64,000 bases of DNA from Selaginella moellendorffii (lineage: Eukaryota; Plantae; Lycopodiophyta), in contig NW_003314263.1 in the NCBI RefSeq assembly GCF_000143415.4, forward strand, positions 3,040,041-3,104,040, in the 5' to 3' direction. Under the pieces are notes generated by a model. It ran no database searches. It saw only the letters and a list, made by a program, of their open reading frames with translations, and had not been told where the DNA came from. Below are positions 27,167-39,192 of the stretch, piece after piece; position 1 is the stretch's first letter, and each line of letters opens with the position of its first letter. Made by a program: the position numbers and the translations under genes.

Positions 27167-27692
27167 CTCCCACGTGTCATGTGTTGGTCCTTTTGGGTCC
27201 CTTTTTGGAGCCTCGCCTTTTGCTCGCTTCGTGCTCGTTCCTCGAGCACTTCGTTGGGAGTTCCACTCCCGCTCTTGACTTTTCAAGTCGGAGCTTTTGG
27301 TCCAAACGTGTTACGCTCGTTTGGCTCTCGCTTCGGCCACTACCATGTGGCGCCCTTCCGGCTCCACTTTGGGGCCTAGGGATTTTGTGTCTCACACTTA
27401 GTAGGTAGTTTGTATGATGCGACCCGAAAGGGATGCTGACTTTTGGGGCTAAGGCAATTGAGTTGGATAGAGTCTAGAGTTGGTGTAGAAAAGTGGCTGT
27501 TGCGCTTTTCTAAGAAAGGTGACCCTTGTGCCTTTCTTTTGTAGCGTTGTGTTTGGTGGCAATTTGCACCTTGCATTATGTTAGACTCTATGAGAGTAGT
27601 GAGCTCTCACTGATCTTGACTTGGTTTTGGTGGCCCTGCACCTTGGCTGAGGATGGTGATGTCCAACTTAGTTGTTTGAGGTTGAGATGTTG

Positions 27693-30600
27693 TGTAGCGC
27701 ACGTGGTTTTGACCCTTTATCCTATGGTGATTTACCATAGGATAACACCACGAAGCGGAACCTAAACCCTCTTTGTGCCACGTGACAGATGCCACGTGTC
27801 ACATGCCACGTGTCCATGCCACGTGTCCACAGGAACCCGAGGTTCAGGGCCTTGGGCCACTGAACGAAGGAACGGTGCCAAACTCCCAAGCGTGATGCCA
27901 AGGAGTGATGGAACCGGACCACGGAGCAACTCCTGAGCATATAGCCCAAGGAGCGAAGGGACAGGGGCCCGGAGCGACTTGGAACAGTCCTAGAGCAACC
28001 AGCATCCCAATGCCAGGACCAGCACGCAAAACGGAGCCAAACAGAGTCTGGCGCTATTTCGGCATACCGGTGGCCTAACGCGAGGATATGGGTACTCCAC
28101 CAACTAGAATGGAATGGAACTTGGGCTTAGACCCAAGCCGGACGCAGAACAAGGACAGGCACGCAAGCGGGAGCTAGACTATGCCTCAGGTTGGTCGGCC
28201 ATGCCCGACCTACCCACTATCCCTACTATACATTTGGAACCCCCCACAGCCCCCCCCCCCTTGAGGAACACACGCTTTGGGCTTTCACCCCAAGCCTCCC
28301 TTAGTATCAGGAGTTAGTCTCTGGGACAAGCTTAAAACTTACTAAATATGGAATGTCCTTAGAATGCGAATTTGGACACAGGACGAACACCATTGTGTTC
28401 AGGCCGACCTCTACATTCCGTAAATATGCCAAATGAGCAAATCTAGACACTTTCCATAAATAGCATTTGGGACCGAAATGAGACTAACACAAAGGGCATG
28501 ATAGTGAGGGTGTTTGGCAGACACGGTAAGCTATCATCTAGCGATATTGAGGAACCAAGCTCAATATCGCGGGGGTTCCCAACACTAGCAACCAAGCTAA
28601 CCAAAGTCGAAGATACTATACTTAGTATCGGAGACCAATCCTCTAACAATACTCAGTTACAGAGAACACATCTCCAAGTGGTGATTCACTCTTGCTTTCT
28701 TCTAGCTTTGTCCTGATGTTGATGGCATTAAAGTGATGCCTTGTCATTGATGTTGTTGACATTGAGATTCGAGTGAAATGAGATATCCTTCCAAGGATTG
28801 ATATTGAGTTTCATTAGTCTTGATGAATATAGTGTTGATGATTTGGCTATAGCTTTGTGTTGTTGGCATTCGTGCATTTGCTAGTTAGCAACTGTGTTGA
28901 CGTTCAAACGAACTGAGTGGCAAGTTGAGTTAGTTGTGTTCTAGACGAGATTATTTAGTAGAGGGTTGAGCTTTAGCTTTTCCTTGAAAAGTGATTTAGT
29001 CGTGGACTATGCTAACTCTACGAGAAGAAGAGTTAGTGATCGATATTAGAATGTTGAGTCCTTGCTGGATTTGAGTTCGGAATATAGCAATCATTAATGA
29101 TTCTTTTTGAGCTTGTTATGAAGTGAGTTACGTCTTGCTATAGATGGATTCATGGAGGATCGTTTGATGATCACTTGTTAAGCACAGCTTCGTTATGCTT
29201 AGCTTTTGGATTGATGCAGAAATGCTCTTCATTAGCTTTGGCATTATGAAGTTTGGCTTATGGATGTGTTGAGGAAGATATTGTGGGTTGCACCATGATT
29301 TCTTCTTTAGCATTGAAGTTAGCTTCTATGAGACTCGTGATCATTATTAGGCAAGACTTAGTTATAGGCTTCTTCGAGCTTTTGGTTCTTGAGTTTTGTG
29401 CTCATTGTTCCATTTGTTAGAAGTTGTTGGGGAAGGCATTTTGGCTCATTAGCTTCGATGTTGAAGTTAGTATTTGCATTTAGCAATCATTGGTGATGAT
29501 TGACTATCATCTAGGAAAGTTGATTATCCTTGTCGAAGGTTTTGCTTGATTATCGTTGATCTAGATTGATTTGCTATTCTTCGGGATGGTGGATTCCTTC
29601 TAAGACAATGATTCTGCATATCTCTTATTGATGGGATGATTAATGATCTTTCATGATGGTTAGTTGTTCTCTTTGATAGCTTTTGGCTTTTTGCAATACC
29701 ACCAGTTGTTTGTGGTTTGCTCTGGATTGGTCTCTTGGGTTTGATACGTCAGTAGGATGTTGCTAACACTTGCTTAGGCAACTTGAGTTCCTTGGTATTG
29801 TTGACTGGGATCTATTCAGATTGGCTTTTGTGATAGTTGGCAGGAATGAGTGTTTGTTGGTCTTACCACATTCATTTTCTTCTGTTGATTGTTGCTAGAG
29901 TTAGTTTTGATAGATTTGGATGTTATTTCCTTTGGGTGATACATTCGCGAGCATTGTGCTTGTTAGTCAATGATACTTTGTGTTCTTTGAGTTCTCTCTA
30001 GTAAGTTGTTGGCTTACTGTCTACTATCTTCGATAGTTAAGTTTCATCATTGAGTTTCCTTGATGATATACTAGCTATTGAATTTTGTTGGATGGTCATT
30101 CCTGTGTTTGCCAAATTATGATGATCTTGGTGGTTCCTATCTACAATACTACTAGTTTATCGGATGATAACTTGTTTAGAATACTTTTGTGTTCTTCTCT
30201 AAGATATAATCACTAGTAATTACGCGTCTTAGATATCATTGTTTATGACTTTGATATAGTCCCTATATATTGATCTTTGAGTTTGGGCCAGTATAGGCAG
30301 ACTGGCTTCGGCACTTCGTGTGCATGGTGAAATCTCTAGTCATGGGGTAGCTACTGTCGACTGGTCACATAACCCGCCTCTTTGTCGATGTTCCTTATTC
30401 CGTTGAAAGGGCGTGACCGTGTAAACAACTCTAACTGCCTGTTTACAGTAGTCTATCTAAACCTTACTGACGGGTTTGGTTTCTTTGCTTAGGAGGGTAG
30501 GGGCCTCTGGCTTCTCTCTCTATGTTCCTGCGGGCAGGGCATATCACACTTTTGTAAGCTGGGTGACTCCCAGAGCAGCAGGGGTGGCTGACTCCGTTGG

Positions 30601-33600
30601 TCATTTCCTTGTCGGCGACGGCCGGAAGGTGTCTGAGCTGGTAGCGCATCCGCGTTAGACAAAGAGGTTACCCCCTAACTCATTTAAGTTGGTGCATTTC
30701 TCACATAGTGTGAGTACCGTGAACTTTTTATGGAGTTGTTTCCTTGGCGGTATTCTAGACTCGAGTATGCATCGACGAGGACGTCGATCTTCCCAAGGGG
30801 GGGAGAGTGTCGCGCATGTGACTTCGGGTATCGAAAGTTACCTATCGGCTAGTCCTTACGGACACTCTTACCTTACTGCCACGACGGCAGGAGGTCGGTA
30901 TTGCTGGACCCGTTATTAGTCTCCGCCTAAGCTAGTTGAGAAACTGGTCATCACATGTGCACTTAGACCGGAAGGGCACTAAGGAAGGAAATCCTAAGTT
31001 GTCATTTAGTCAAGCAGACTTGACACGGTGATGAGAAACTCATGATGTTGGCTTGCACTTGGTTTTCCATGTTGGCATGTCGACTTTACCTCTGTTGATA
31101 TCATTTGGTTACATTTAGTCCGTAGTGTTGGATTTCATTGAGTCTTGGACGTGGTGAATCACTCTTTGATGATGTGTTCTCTGTAACTGAGTATTGTTAG
31201 AGGATTGGTCTCCGATACTAAGTATAGTATCTTCAACTTTGGTTAGCTTGGTTGATCCAAAAATATGCTTAAGCATCGAACATCTTTGCCCATCTAACCG
31301 ATATCCAACACCGTCATCTGCAAAGTGCAAAATGAACATCCAAGGCTTGATCACTAAGACCACATCTTCGGATATCCACATTGCACTAACACTCTTCTTC
31401 AATCACCTTCAAGATCCAATGTGAAGCCAAAACACTAACAAGATAAATGACATGAAAAATCAAGGTCCAAGAAAAATTCCTCATCACTTGAAATAACAAT
31501 GCCACTTCCACTAACACAAGTGCTAGTGATGTCAATGCCCCAACTACACACCTTCTCCATCCAATAATTTATTCCAAGTGCTAATGGATCAACCGATGAG
31601 CTATAACAAATGAATGCTATAACCCTTTTCCAACACCTTATGGGCAAACCCTCAAGGAAACAAGGTACCAACATAAGCTTAGCATAATGGACCACCATTG
31701 AGAATCCAGTCAAGGCTACTACAATGCTACTTCGTGCAAGTAGACTAGCTTCTCCATCAACCACTTTGGGGTTGATCATCATTTACCCAAGCAACTTCGT
31801 AAACACATTGCTCTTTATCACATGGATATGATATAAGCATCACAATGACTTGATCATCAATTGAGTAACACAATGAGCAATGCCTATGTCATTACTTCAA
31901 ACGTTTATGTGAGTATCAAATGCCAACTCGATTCGACAAAATGCAACATAAATGCCACACTCCACCAATAGAGGTTTACGACACCCAACACCACTAACTT
32001 TTGTTCACAACACGGACAAGCTCATGCCACTCTCTTTCCGACCAAACTCAACACTAATCCAACACCAAGCTACTCAAGGAGCAATAGCAAGGTTCCCCGG
32101 AAAAGAATTGAGCATTGCAACCCAAGTCTTCCAATAGCAAGCTTAGACAAAATGGTTAGCATTTCACCACTATCCATCCCACAACTCACCATTGTAAGAC
32201 CACCATCTCCAACATGCGTCAAGATAGGGACTCTTGATTGCATGATGTGAACACAAGCAATGAGTTAACACCTCGTTGCAAATCATCTCTCCAAGAAGAG
32301 AAAATGATTTACGTATTTGATCCTTCGTCCCTGATGACTCTCTTTTCGGTCTCATCTTTGACCAAACCTCAAGCTTGCTTTCGCACTGCCTTCAGTTCAA
32401 TCCAAGAAAAGTTTATGAGAGAGCACGGCCATGATTACTTGAACCAATAGACTAATCCCTATAGTCTTGATTGATCCACTTATAATCACGCCTAGGAAGG
32501 ATCCACTAGTGCCGTGCTAAACAGCTACGGACCAGCCTATTTGCCACTCATAGCAAACCCAGGGAGGTTTGCTTTCACCCATGGTACATGGAACAACTCA
32601 TGGAACCAACGATAGGCTAACATTAATCCTGCCAACTCAAAGTGTAACCTCGAGTTGCTAATGTGCCTCACTCACGAGCTCAAGCTCAAACTCGTGCAAA
32701 CGGAACATCTCCAAACCATCCTATGAGCCCAAGCGCAAGCTCACATCATAAGGTATAACAAGGTAACAATATCCATACCCAAGGAACCAATTGCGAAGCC
32801 TTTGCACCCAAACGTGTACCCACTCGGATCATCGTTTTCATCTCTGCGTATGCAACAAGACTAGTTGCCCAATCTCATTGAATAGTACTCGCTGAGACTC
32901 ATTCTCTGATACCAAATGTAGCGCACGTGGTTTTGACCCTTTATCCTATGGTGATTTACCATAGGATAACACCACGAAGCGGAACCTAAACCCTCTTTGT
33001 GCCACGTGACAGATGCCACATGTCACATGCCACGTGTCCATGCCACGTGTCCACAGGAACCCGAGGTTCAGGGCCTTGGGCCACTGAAAGAAGGAACGGT
33101 GCCAAACTCCCAAGCGTGATGCCAAGGAGTGATGGAACCGGACCACGGAGCAACTCCTGAGCATATAGCCCAAGGAGCGAAGGGACAGGGGCCCGGAGCG
33201 ACTTGGAACAGTCCTAGAGCAACCAGCATCCCAATGCCAGGACCAGCACGCAAAACGGAGCCAAACAAAGTCTGGCGCTATTTCGGCATACCGGTGGCCT
33301 AACGCGAGGATATGGGTACTCCACCAACTAGCATGGAATGGAACTTGGGCTTAGACCCAAGCCGGACGCAGAACAAGGACAGGCACGCAAGCGGGAGCTA
33401 GACTATGCCTCAGGTTGGTCGGCCATGCCCGACCTACCCACTATCCCTACTATACATTTGGAACCCCCCACAGCCCCCCCCCCTTGAGGAACACACGCTT
33501 TGGGCTTTCACCCCAAGCCTCCCTTAGTATCAGGAGTTAGTCTCTGGGACAAGCTTAAAACTTACTAAATATGGAATGTCCTTAGAATGCGAATTTGGAC

Positions 33601-34065
33601 ACAGGACGAACACCATTGTGTTCAGGCCGACCTCTACATTCCATAGATATGCCAAATGAGCAAATCTAGACACTTTCCATAAATAGCATTTGGGACCGAA
33701 ATGAGATTAACACAAAGGGCATGATAGCGAGGGTGTTTGGCAGACACGGTAAGCTATCATCTAGCGATATTGAGGAACCAAGCTCAATATCGCGGGGGTT
33801 CCCAACACTAGCAAGTGCAAGCCAACATCATGAGTTTCTCATCACCGTGTCAAGTCTACTTGACTAAATGACAACTTAGGATTTCCTTCCTTAGTGCCCT
33901 TCCGGTCTAAGTGCACATGTGATGACCAGTTTCTCAACTAGCTTAGGCGGAGACTAATAACGGGTCCAGCAATACCGACCTCCTGTCGTCGTGGCAGTAA
34001 GGTAAGAGTGTCCGTAAGGACTAGCCGATAGGTAACTTTCGATACCCGAAGTCACATGCGCGACA
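27693..34065 (-). mobile_element. Family A LTR element copy A2, inserted antisense into A1 and internally rearranged (intact 5' LTR 32917-34065; 3' LTR split into 27693-~28591 and 30808-~31060)
   Basis: TSD TGTTG at 27688-27692 and 34066-34070; empty site GAGATGTTGGTACC seen at ~46110; PBS at ~32904-32914. Confidence 0.88.
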
Positions 34066-37000
34066 TGTTGGTACCCGTACTATAGCTTTGTCTATGAGGA
34101 GGTTGTGTACCGATATGAGTCCATCTCATGGTCTTCACTTTAGTTTCGACTGAGTGTTGATCACATAGCTAGCCTCTTCAAGGCATGCTCAGAGCTATTG
34201 ACTAAATGCATTAGTGGGCTTATTGTGGTTGAGTTGGATTCGAGTGGTCATTTAGTTTGTGCTTGTCTATGAACTTTTATCTCGTACCTGGGGTATCACG
34301 TTCATGTTGGACAAGTATATAACTTGATGACAAAGAGTTGGTGTTTGGGTCTTGTAAACGTAAGTTGAGGAGTGATTGTTAGTTGCTTTGCGACTAGTGA
34401 TTACTTGTAGACTTCATCAAGGACCGTTGACACTTGCTTTGCTCGATGATGATTTAGCAGTGATGGGCTTGCTTTACCGGATGGTGTTGCGGAGGATCGT
34501 GTCATTAGGCTGGCATGGTTTTTCCATGTTGGCATGTCAATTCCTTTGTCGATATCATTTGGTTACATTTAGTCTGTAGTGTTGGATTTCATTGAGTCTT
34601 GGATGTGGTGATTCACTCCTTGATGATGTGTTATCTGTAACTGAGTTTTGTTGGAGGATTGGTCTCAGATACTAACTAAAGTATCTTCGACTATGGTTAG
34701 CTTGGTTGCTAGAGAGTTTCAAGTGGTGATTCACTTTTGCTTTCTGCTAGCTTTGTTCTATTGTTGATGGCATTGAAGTGATGCCTTGTCATTGACATTG
34801 TTGATGTTGAGGTAAAATGAAATGAGATATCTCTCCATAGGATTGATATTGAGTTTCATTAGTCTTGATAAAAAGTGTTGATGATTTGGCTTTAGTTTTG
34901 TGTTGTTAGCATTCATGCAATTGCTAGTTAGCAACTGTATTGACGTTCAAATGAACTGAGTGGCAAGTTTGGGTTAGTTGTGTTCTAGACGAGATTGCTT
35001 AGTTGAGGTTGAGTTTTAGCTTTTCCTTGAAAAGTGATTTAGTCGTGAACAATGCTACCTCTATAAGAGGAAGAGTTAGTGATTGGCATTGAAGTGATTG
35101 AATCCTTCTTGGATTTCAATTGAGATATATCAATCATTAATGATTTTTCTTGTGCTTGTTATGAGGTGAGTTACGTCTTGCTGTAGATGGATTCATGGAG
35201 GATCGTTTGATGATCACTTGTTGAGCATAGCTTCGTTATACTTAGCTTTTGGATTGATGCAGAAATGCTCTTCGTTAGCTTTGGTATTATGAAGTTTGGC
35301 TTATGGATGTGTTGAGGAAGATATTGTGGGTTGCACCATGATTTCTTCTTTAGCATTGAAGTTAGCTTCTATGTGACTCGTGATCATTGTTAGACAAGAC
35401 TTGGCTATAGACTTCTTTGAACTTTCGGTTCCTTGAGTTTTATGCTCATTGTTCTATTTGTTTGAAGTTGTTGGGGGAAGGCATTTTGGCTCATTAGCTT
35501 CGATGTTGAAGTTGGCTTTTGCATCTAGCAATCATTGGTGATGATTAACTATCATCTAGGAAAGTTGATTATCCATGTCAAAAAGTTTTGCTTGATTATT
35601 GTTGGTATAGAATGGTTTGCCGTTCTTCGGGATGGTGGATTCCTTCTTAGACGATGATTATGCATCTCTTTATTGATGGAATGATTGACGATCTTTCATG
35701 ATAGTTGGTTGTTCTCTTTGATGGCTTTTGGCTTTTCGCAATACCACATGTTCTTTGTGGTTTGCTCTGGATTGGTCTCTTGAGCTTGAGACATCCATAG
35801 GATGTTGCTAACACTTGCTTAGGCAACTTGAGTTCCTTGGTATTGTTGGCTGGGATCTATTTAGATTGGCTTTTGTGATAGTTGGCAGGCATGAGTGTTT
35901 GTTGGTCTTACCACATTCATTCTCTTCTGTTGATTGTTGCTCGAGTTAGTTTTGATAGATTTGGATGTTATTTCCTTCGGGTGATACATTCGCGAGCATT
36001 GTGCTTGTTAGTCAATGATACTTTGTGTTCTTTGAGTTGTGTTTTGTGAGTTGTTTGGCATGCTATCTGCCATTTTCGGTAGTTCAGTTTTATCATTGAG
36101 TTTCCTTGATGATCTACTTGCTATTGAATTTTGTTGGATGGTGATTCCTATGTTTACCAATTATAATGATCTTGGTGGTTCCTATACTGTAATACTAGTT
36201 TATCGGATGATAACTTACTTGGAATACTTTTGTGTTCTAATCTAAGCTTTATTCACTGATAATTAAATCTCTAAAAATATCATTGTCTATGACTTTGATA
36301 TTGTCCATCTATTGATCTTTGAGTTTGGGCTAGTATAGGCAGACTGGCTTCGGCACTTCGTGTGCATGTTGAAATCTCTAGTCATGGGGTAGCTACTGTC
36401 GATTGGTCACATCACCCGCCTCTCTGTCGATGTTCCTTATTTCGGTGAAAGGGCGTGACTGTGTAAACAACTCTAAACTGCCTGTTGACAGTAGTCTATC
36501 TAAACCTTACCAACGGGTTTGGTTTCTTTGCTCAGGAGGGTTGGGGCCTCTGGCTTCTCTCTCTATGTCTCTGCGGGCAGGGGCGTATCACACTTTTGTA
36601 GTTGGGTGACACCCAGAGCAGCAAGGGTGGCTGACTCCATTGGTCATTTCCTTGTCGGCGACGGCCGGAAGGTGTCTGAGCTGGTAGCGCATCCGCGTTA
36701 GACAAAGAGGTTCCCCTTAACTCATTTAAGTTGGTGCATTTCTCACATAGTGTGAGTACCGTGAACTTTTTATGGAGTTGTTTCCTTGGCGGTATTCTAG
36801 ACTCGAGTATGCATCGACGAGGACGTCGATCTTCCCCAAGGGGGGGAGAGTGTCGCGAATGTGACTTCGGGTATCGAAAGTTACCTGTCGACCAGTCCTT
36901 ACGGACACTCTTTCCTTACTGCCACGATGGCGAGAGGTCGGTATTGCTGGACCCTTTATCAGCCCCTCTTGTTCAAGTGTTAGTAAACTGGACTTAGCAT

Positions 37001-38116
37001 CTGTACTTGGCCGGATGAGCATAAGGACGGAATTCCTAAGTGTCTATTTGGCCAAGCATACTTGGCCCGGCTTTTTAGTTCTCTTTTGCTCTGTCTTGCA
37101 CTGGCTTGACAAGAACCCTCGCGTATTGAGATTGGTCCCTCAATATCGCTGGATGATAGCTTACCGTGTCTGCCAAACACCCTCGCTATCATGCCCTTTG
37201 TGTTAGTCTCATTTCGGTCCCAAATACTATTTATGGAAAGTGTCTAGATTTGGTCATTTGGCATATCTACGGAATGTAGAGATCGGCCTGAACACAATGG
37301 TGTTCGTCCCGTGTCCAAATTCACATTCTAAGGATATTCCATATTTAGTAAGTTTCAAGCTTGTCCCAGAGACTAACTCCTGATACTAAGGGAGGCTTGA
37401 GGTGAAAGCCCAAAGCGTGTGTTCCTCAAGGGGGGGGGGGGGGGGGGGCTGTGGGGGGTTCCAAATGTATAGTAGGGATAGTGGGTAGGTCGGGCATGGC
37501 CGACCAACCTGAGGCATAGTTTAGCTCCCGCTTGCGTGCCTGTCCTTGTTCTGCGTCCGGCTTGGGTCTAAGCCCAAGTTCCATTCCATGCTAGCTGGTG
37601 GAGTACCCATATCCTCACGTTAGGCCACCGGTATGCCGAAATAGTGCCAGACTCCGTTTGGCTCCGTTTTGCGTGCTGGTCCTGGCATTGGGATGCTGGT
37701 TGCTCTAGGACTGTTCCAAGTCGCTCCGGGCTCCTGTCCCTTCGCTCCTTGGGCTGTATGCTCAGGAGTTACTCCATGGTCCGGTTCCTTCATTCCTTGG
37801 CTCCATGTTGGGGAGTTTGGCACCGTTCCTTCGTTCAGTGGCCCAAGGCCCTAAACCTCGGGTTCCATGGACACATGGTATGGACACGTGGCATGTGACA
37901 TGTGGCATTTGTCATGTGGCACAAAGAGGGTTTAGGTTCCGCTTCGTGGTGTTATCCTATGGTAAATCACCGTAGGATAAAGGGTCAAAACCACGTGCGC
38001 TACAATGGGCTAGTCATATCTGGGGCATGGTGACTAGCGCGGTGACTTTGTGTCCAGACTGAGTCCATCTGGTTGTATAATAAATCTCATTGTCAAGATG
38101 AACAAGCTGAATCTGA

Positions 38117-39192
38117 AGTTACATTGAAGGAGTTAGTTTCCGCGTCCTCCTCTGCATCAGTGATGCAGCGCCCCACCCATATCATTTGTTTTTTATTACT
38201 GGGTCTGACAAGCACGACCATTCCTTTGCAGACCTGTACTGGATTGAATGCTGAATCCGGTTTCTTGTTCCTCGGCCCACAATAGTGATCCTCAACATCG
38301 TTATCTGTCACTGCATTTCCAGAGGACATTGTTCCGCTACTATCTGGTGCTTTGGGTTCTGGCCAAAAGGACTCTTCCAATTCTTCATATACAACCAGCC
38401 CATTTTGGATAGTAGATATAATCTTCTCCCAGTATTCGAGCAAAGGCTTGCACCTCTGAAAATAGGATTCTCCACCAAACACCAACCCCCTCTTCCAGAA
38501 GGCAATATGCTATCTAATCCCGGCCACTATACTTTCCTGGTCTTTGAGTCCATCCGGGTGCATCGGCCGTGGGGAACCCTGAGGAATCATAGGTTCCCCA
38601 GTTATGGGATCTCTCTTGAAGAGTTCAATGCCGTCCACTGGCAGCCACACTGTGTCCCATTCTCTCATCTTGTACCTCATCACTGGAGCACCGTCACGCA
38701 TGCTGAAATGAAACTGAAGAGGCTTGGAGTGGCCAATCAGCGTTTTGGATCCATCCCTGATGTAGCCTCTTACAAACCCCTTAAAGTCTGGAACCTCTGT
38801 CACAAGTGCAGCTTCAACAGTGCCTTTGATGCAATTTTGGAATTCATCGTAGAGTTGTGGGAGGGTGAGGACATTAGATCGCCAGAGGGACTCTGCCAGG
38901 TGACTGAACATGGCATCGACATCTTCATGAGTGTGCCCAACCATAAGAAAGCCAAGTGTAACCATTTCAAATATGTCTTTGGCAACAAACATCGCCAAGT
39001 ACGCGAAGACGTACATGTTTTTGTTCTCATTGCCAGCATTGTCTGTTTGGAGCAGAAGATGGGGTGGAAGGCCACATCGGCCGCAAGAACTTCCTTGAGA
39101 TTCTACTTCGTTTGGATGAGGCTGTGCATTCACCGGGCGACCAGCCTCATCGGAATGGCATGAGGCCTCACGTGATAACCCTACAATCTGAC
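38117..39192 (-). pseudogene. Fragment of the Sola-like DDD transposase (catalytic C-terminal half)
   Basis: LLLQTDNAGNENKN...FLMVGHTHEDVDAMFS; near-identical to ~61004-62079. Confidence 0.88.

Larger units (their letters stand above)
19688..27396 (-). mobile_element. LTR retrotransposon family B, recent and non-coding (LTRs 19688-21480 and 25604-27396, 1793 bp each)
   Basis: TSD CTTAG at 19683-19687 and 27397-27401; minus-strand PBS TGGTATCGGAGC at ~25589-25600; PPT GGGTGGTGGAGT at 21481-21492; ORF-track translations identical at a 5916-bp offset. Confidence 0.93.
16646..38004 (+). mobile_element. Non-autonomous LTR retrotransposon family A, copy A1 (LTRs 16646-17778 and 36851-38004)
   Basis: TG...CA LTRs; PBS TGGTATCAGAG at 17781; PPT AAGGGGGGGAGAG before 36851; TSD ATGGG at 16641-16645 and 38005-38009; internal region has no long ORF. 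Confidence 0.93.

Noticed and set aside
38285-39163. 292-aa plus-strand ORF
   Set aside because: Antisense shadow of the transposase; it is broken in copy 2.
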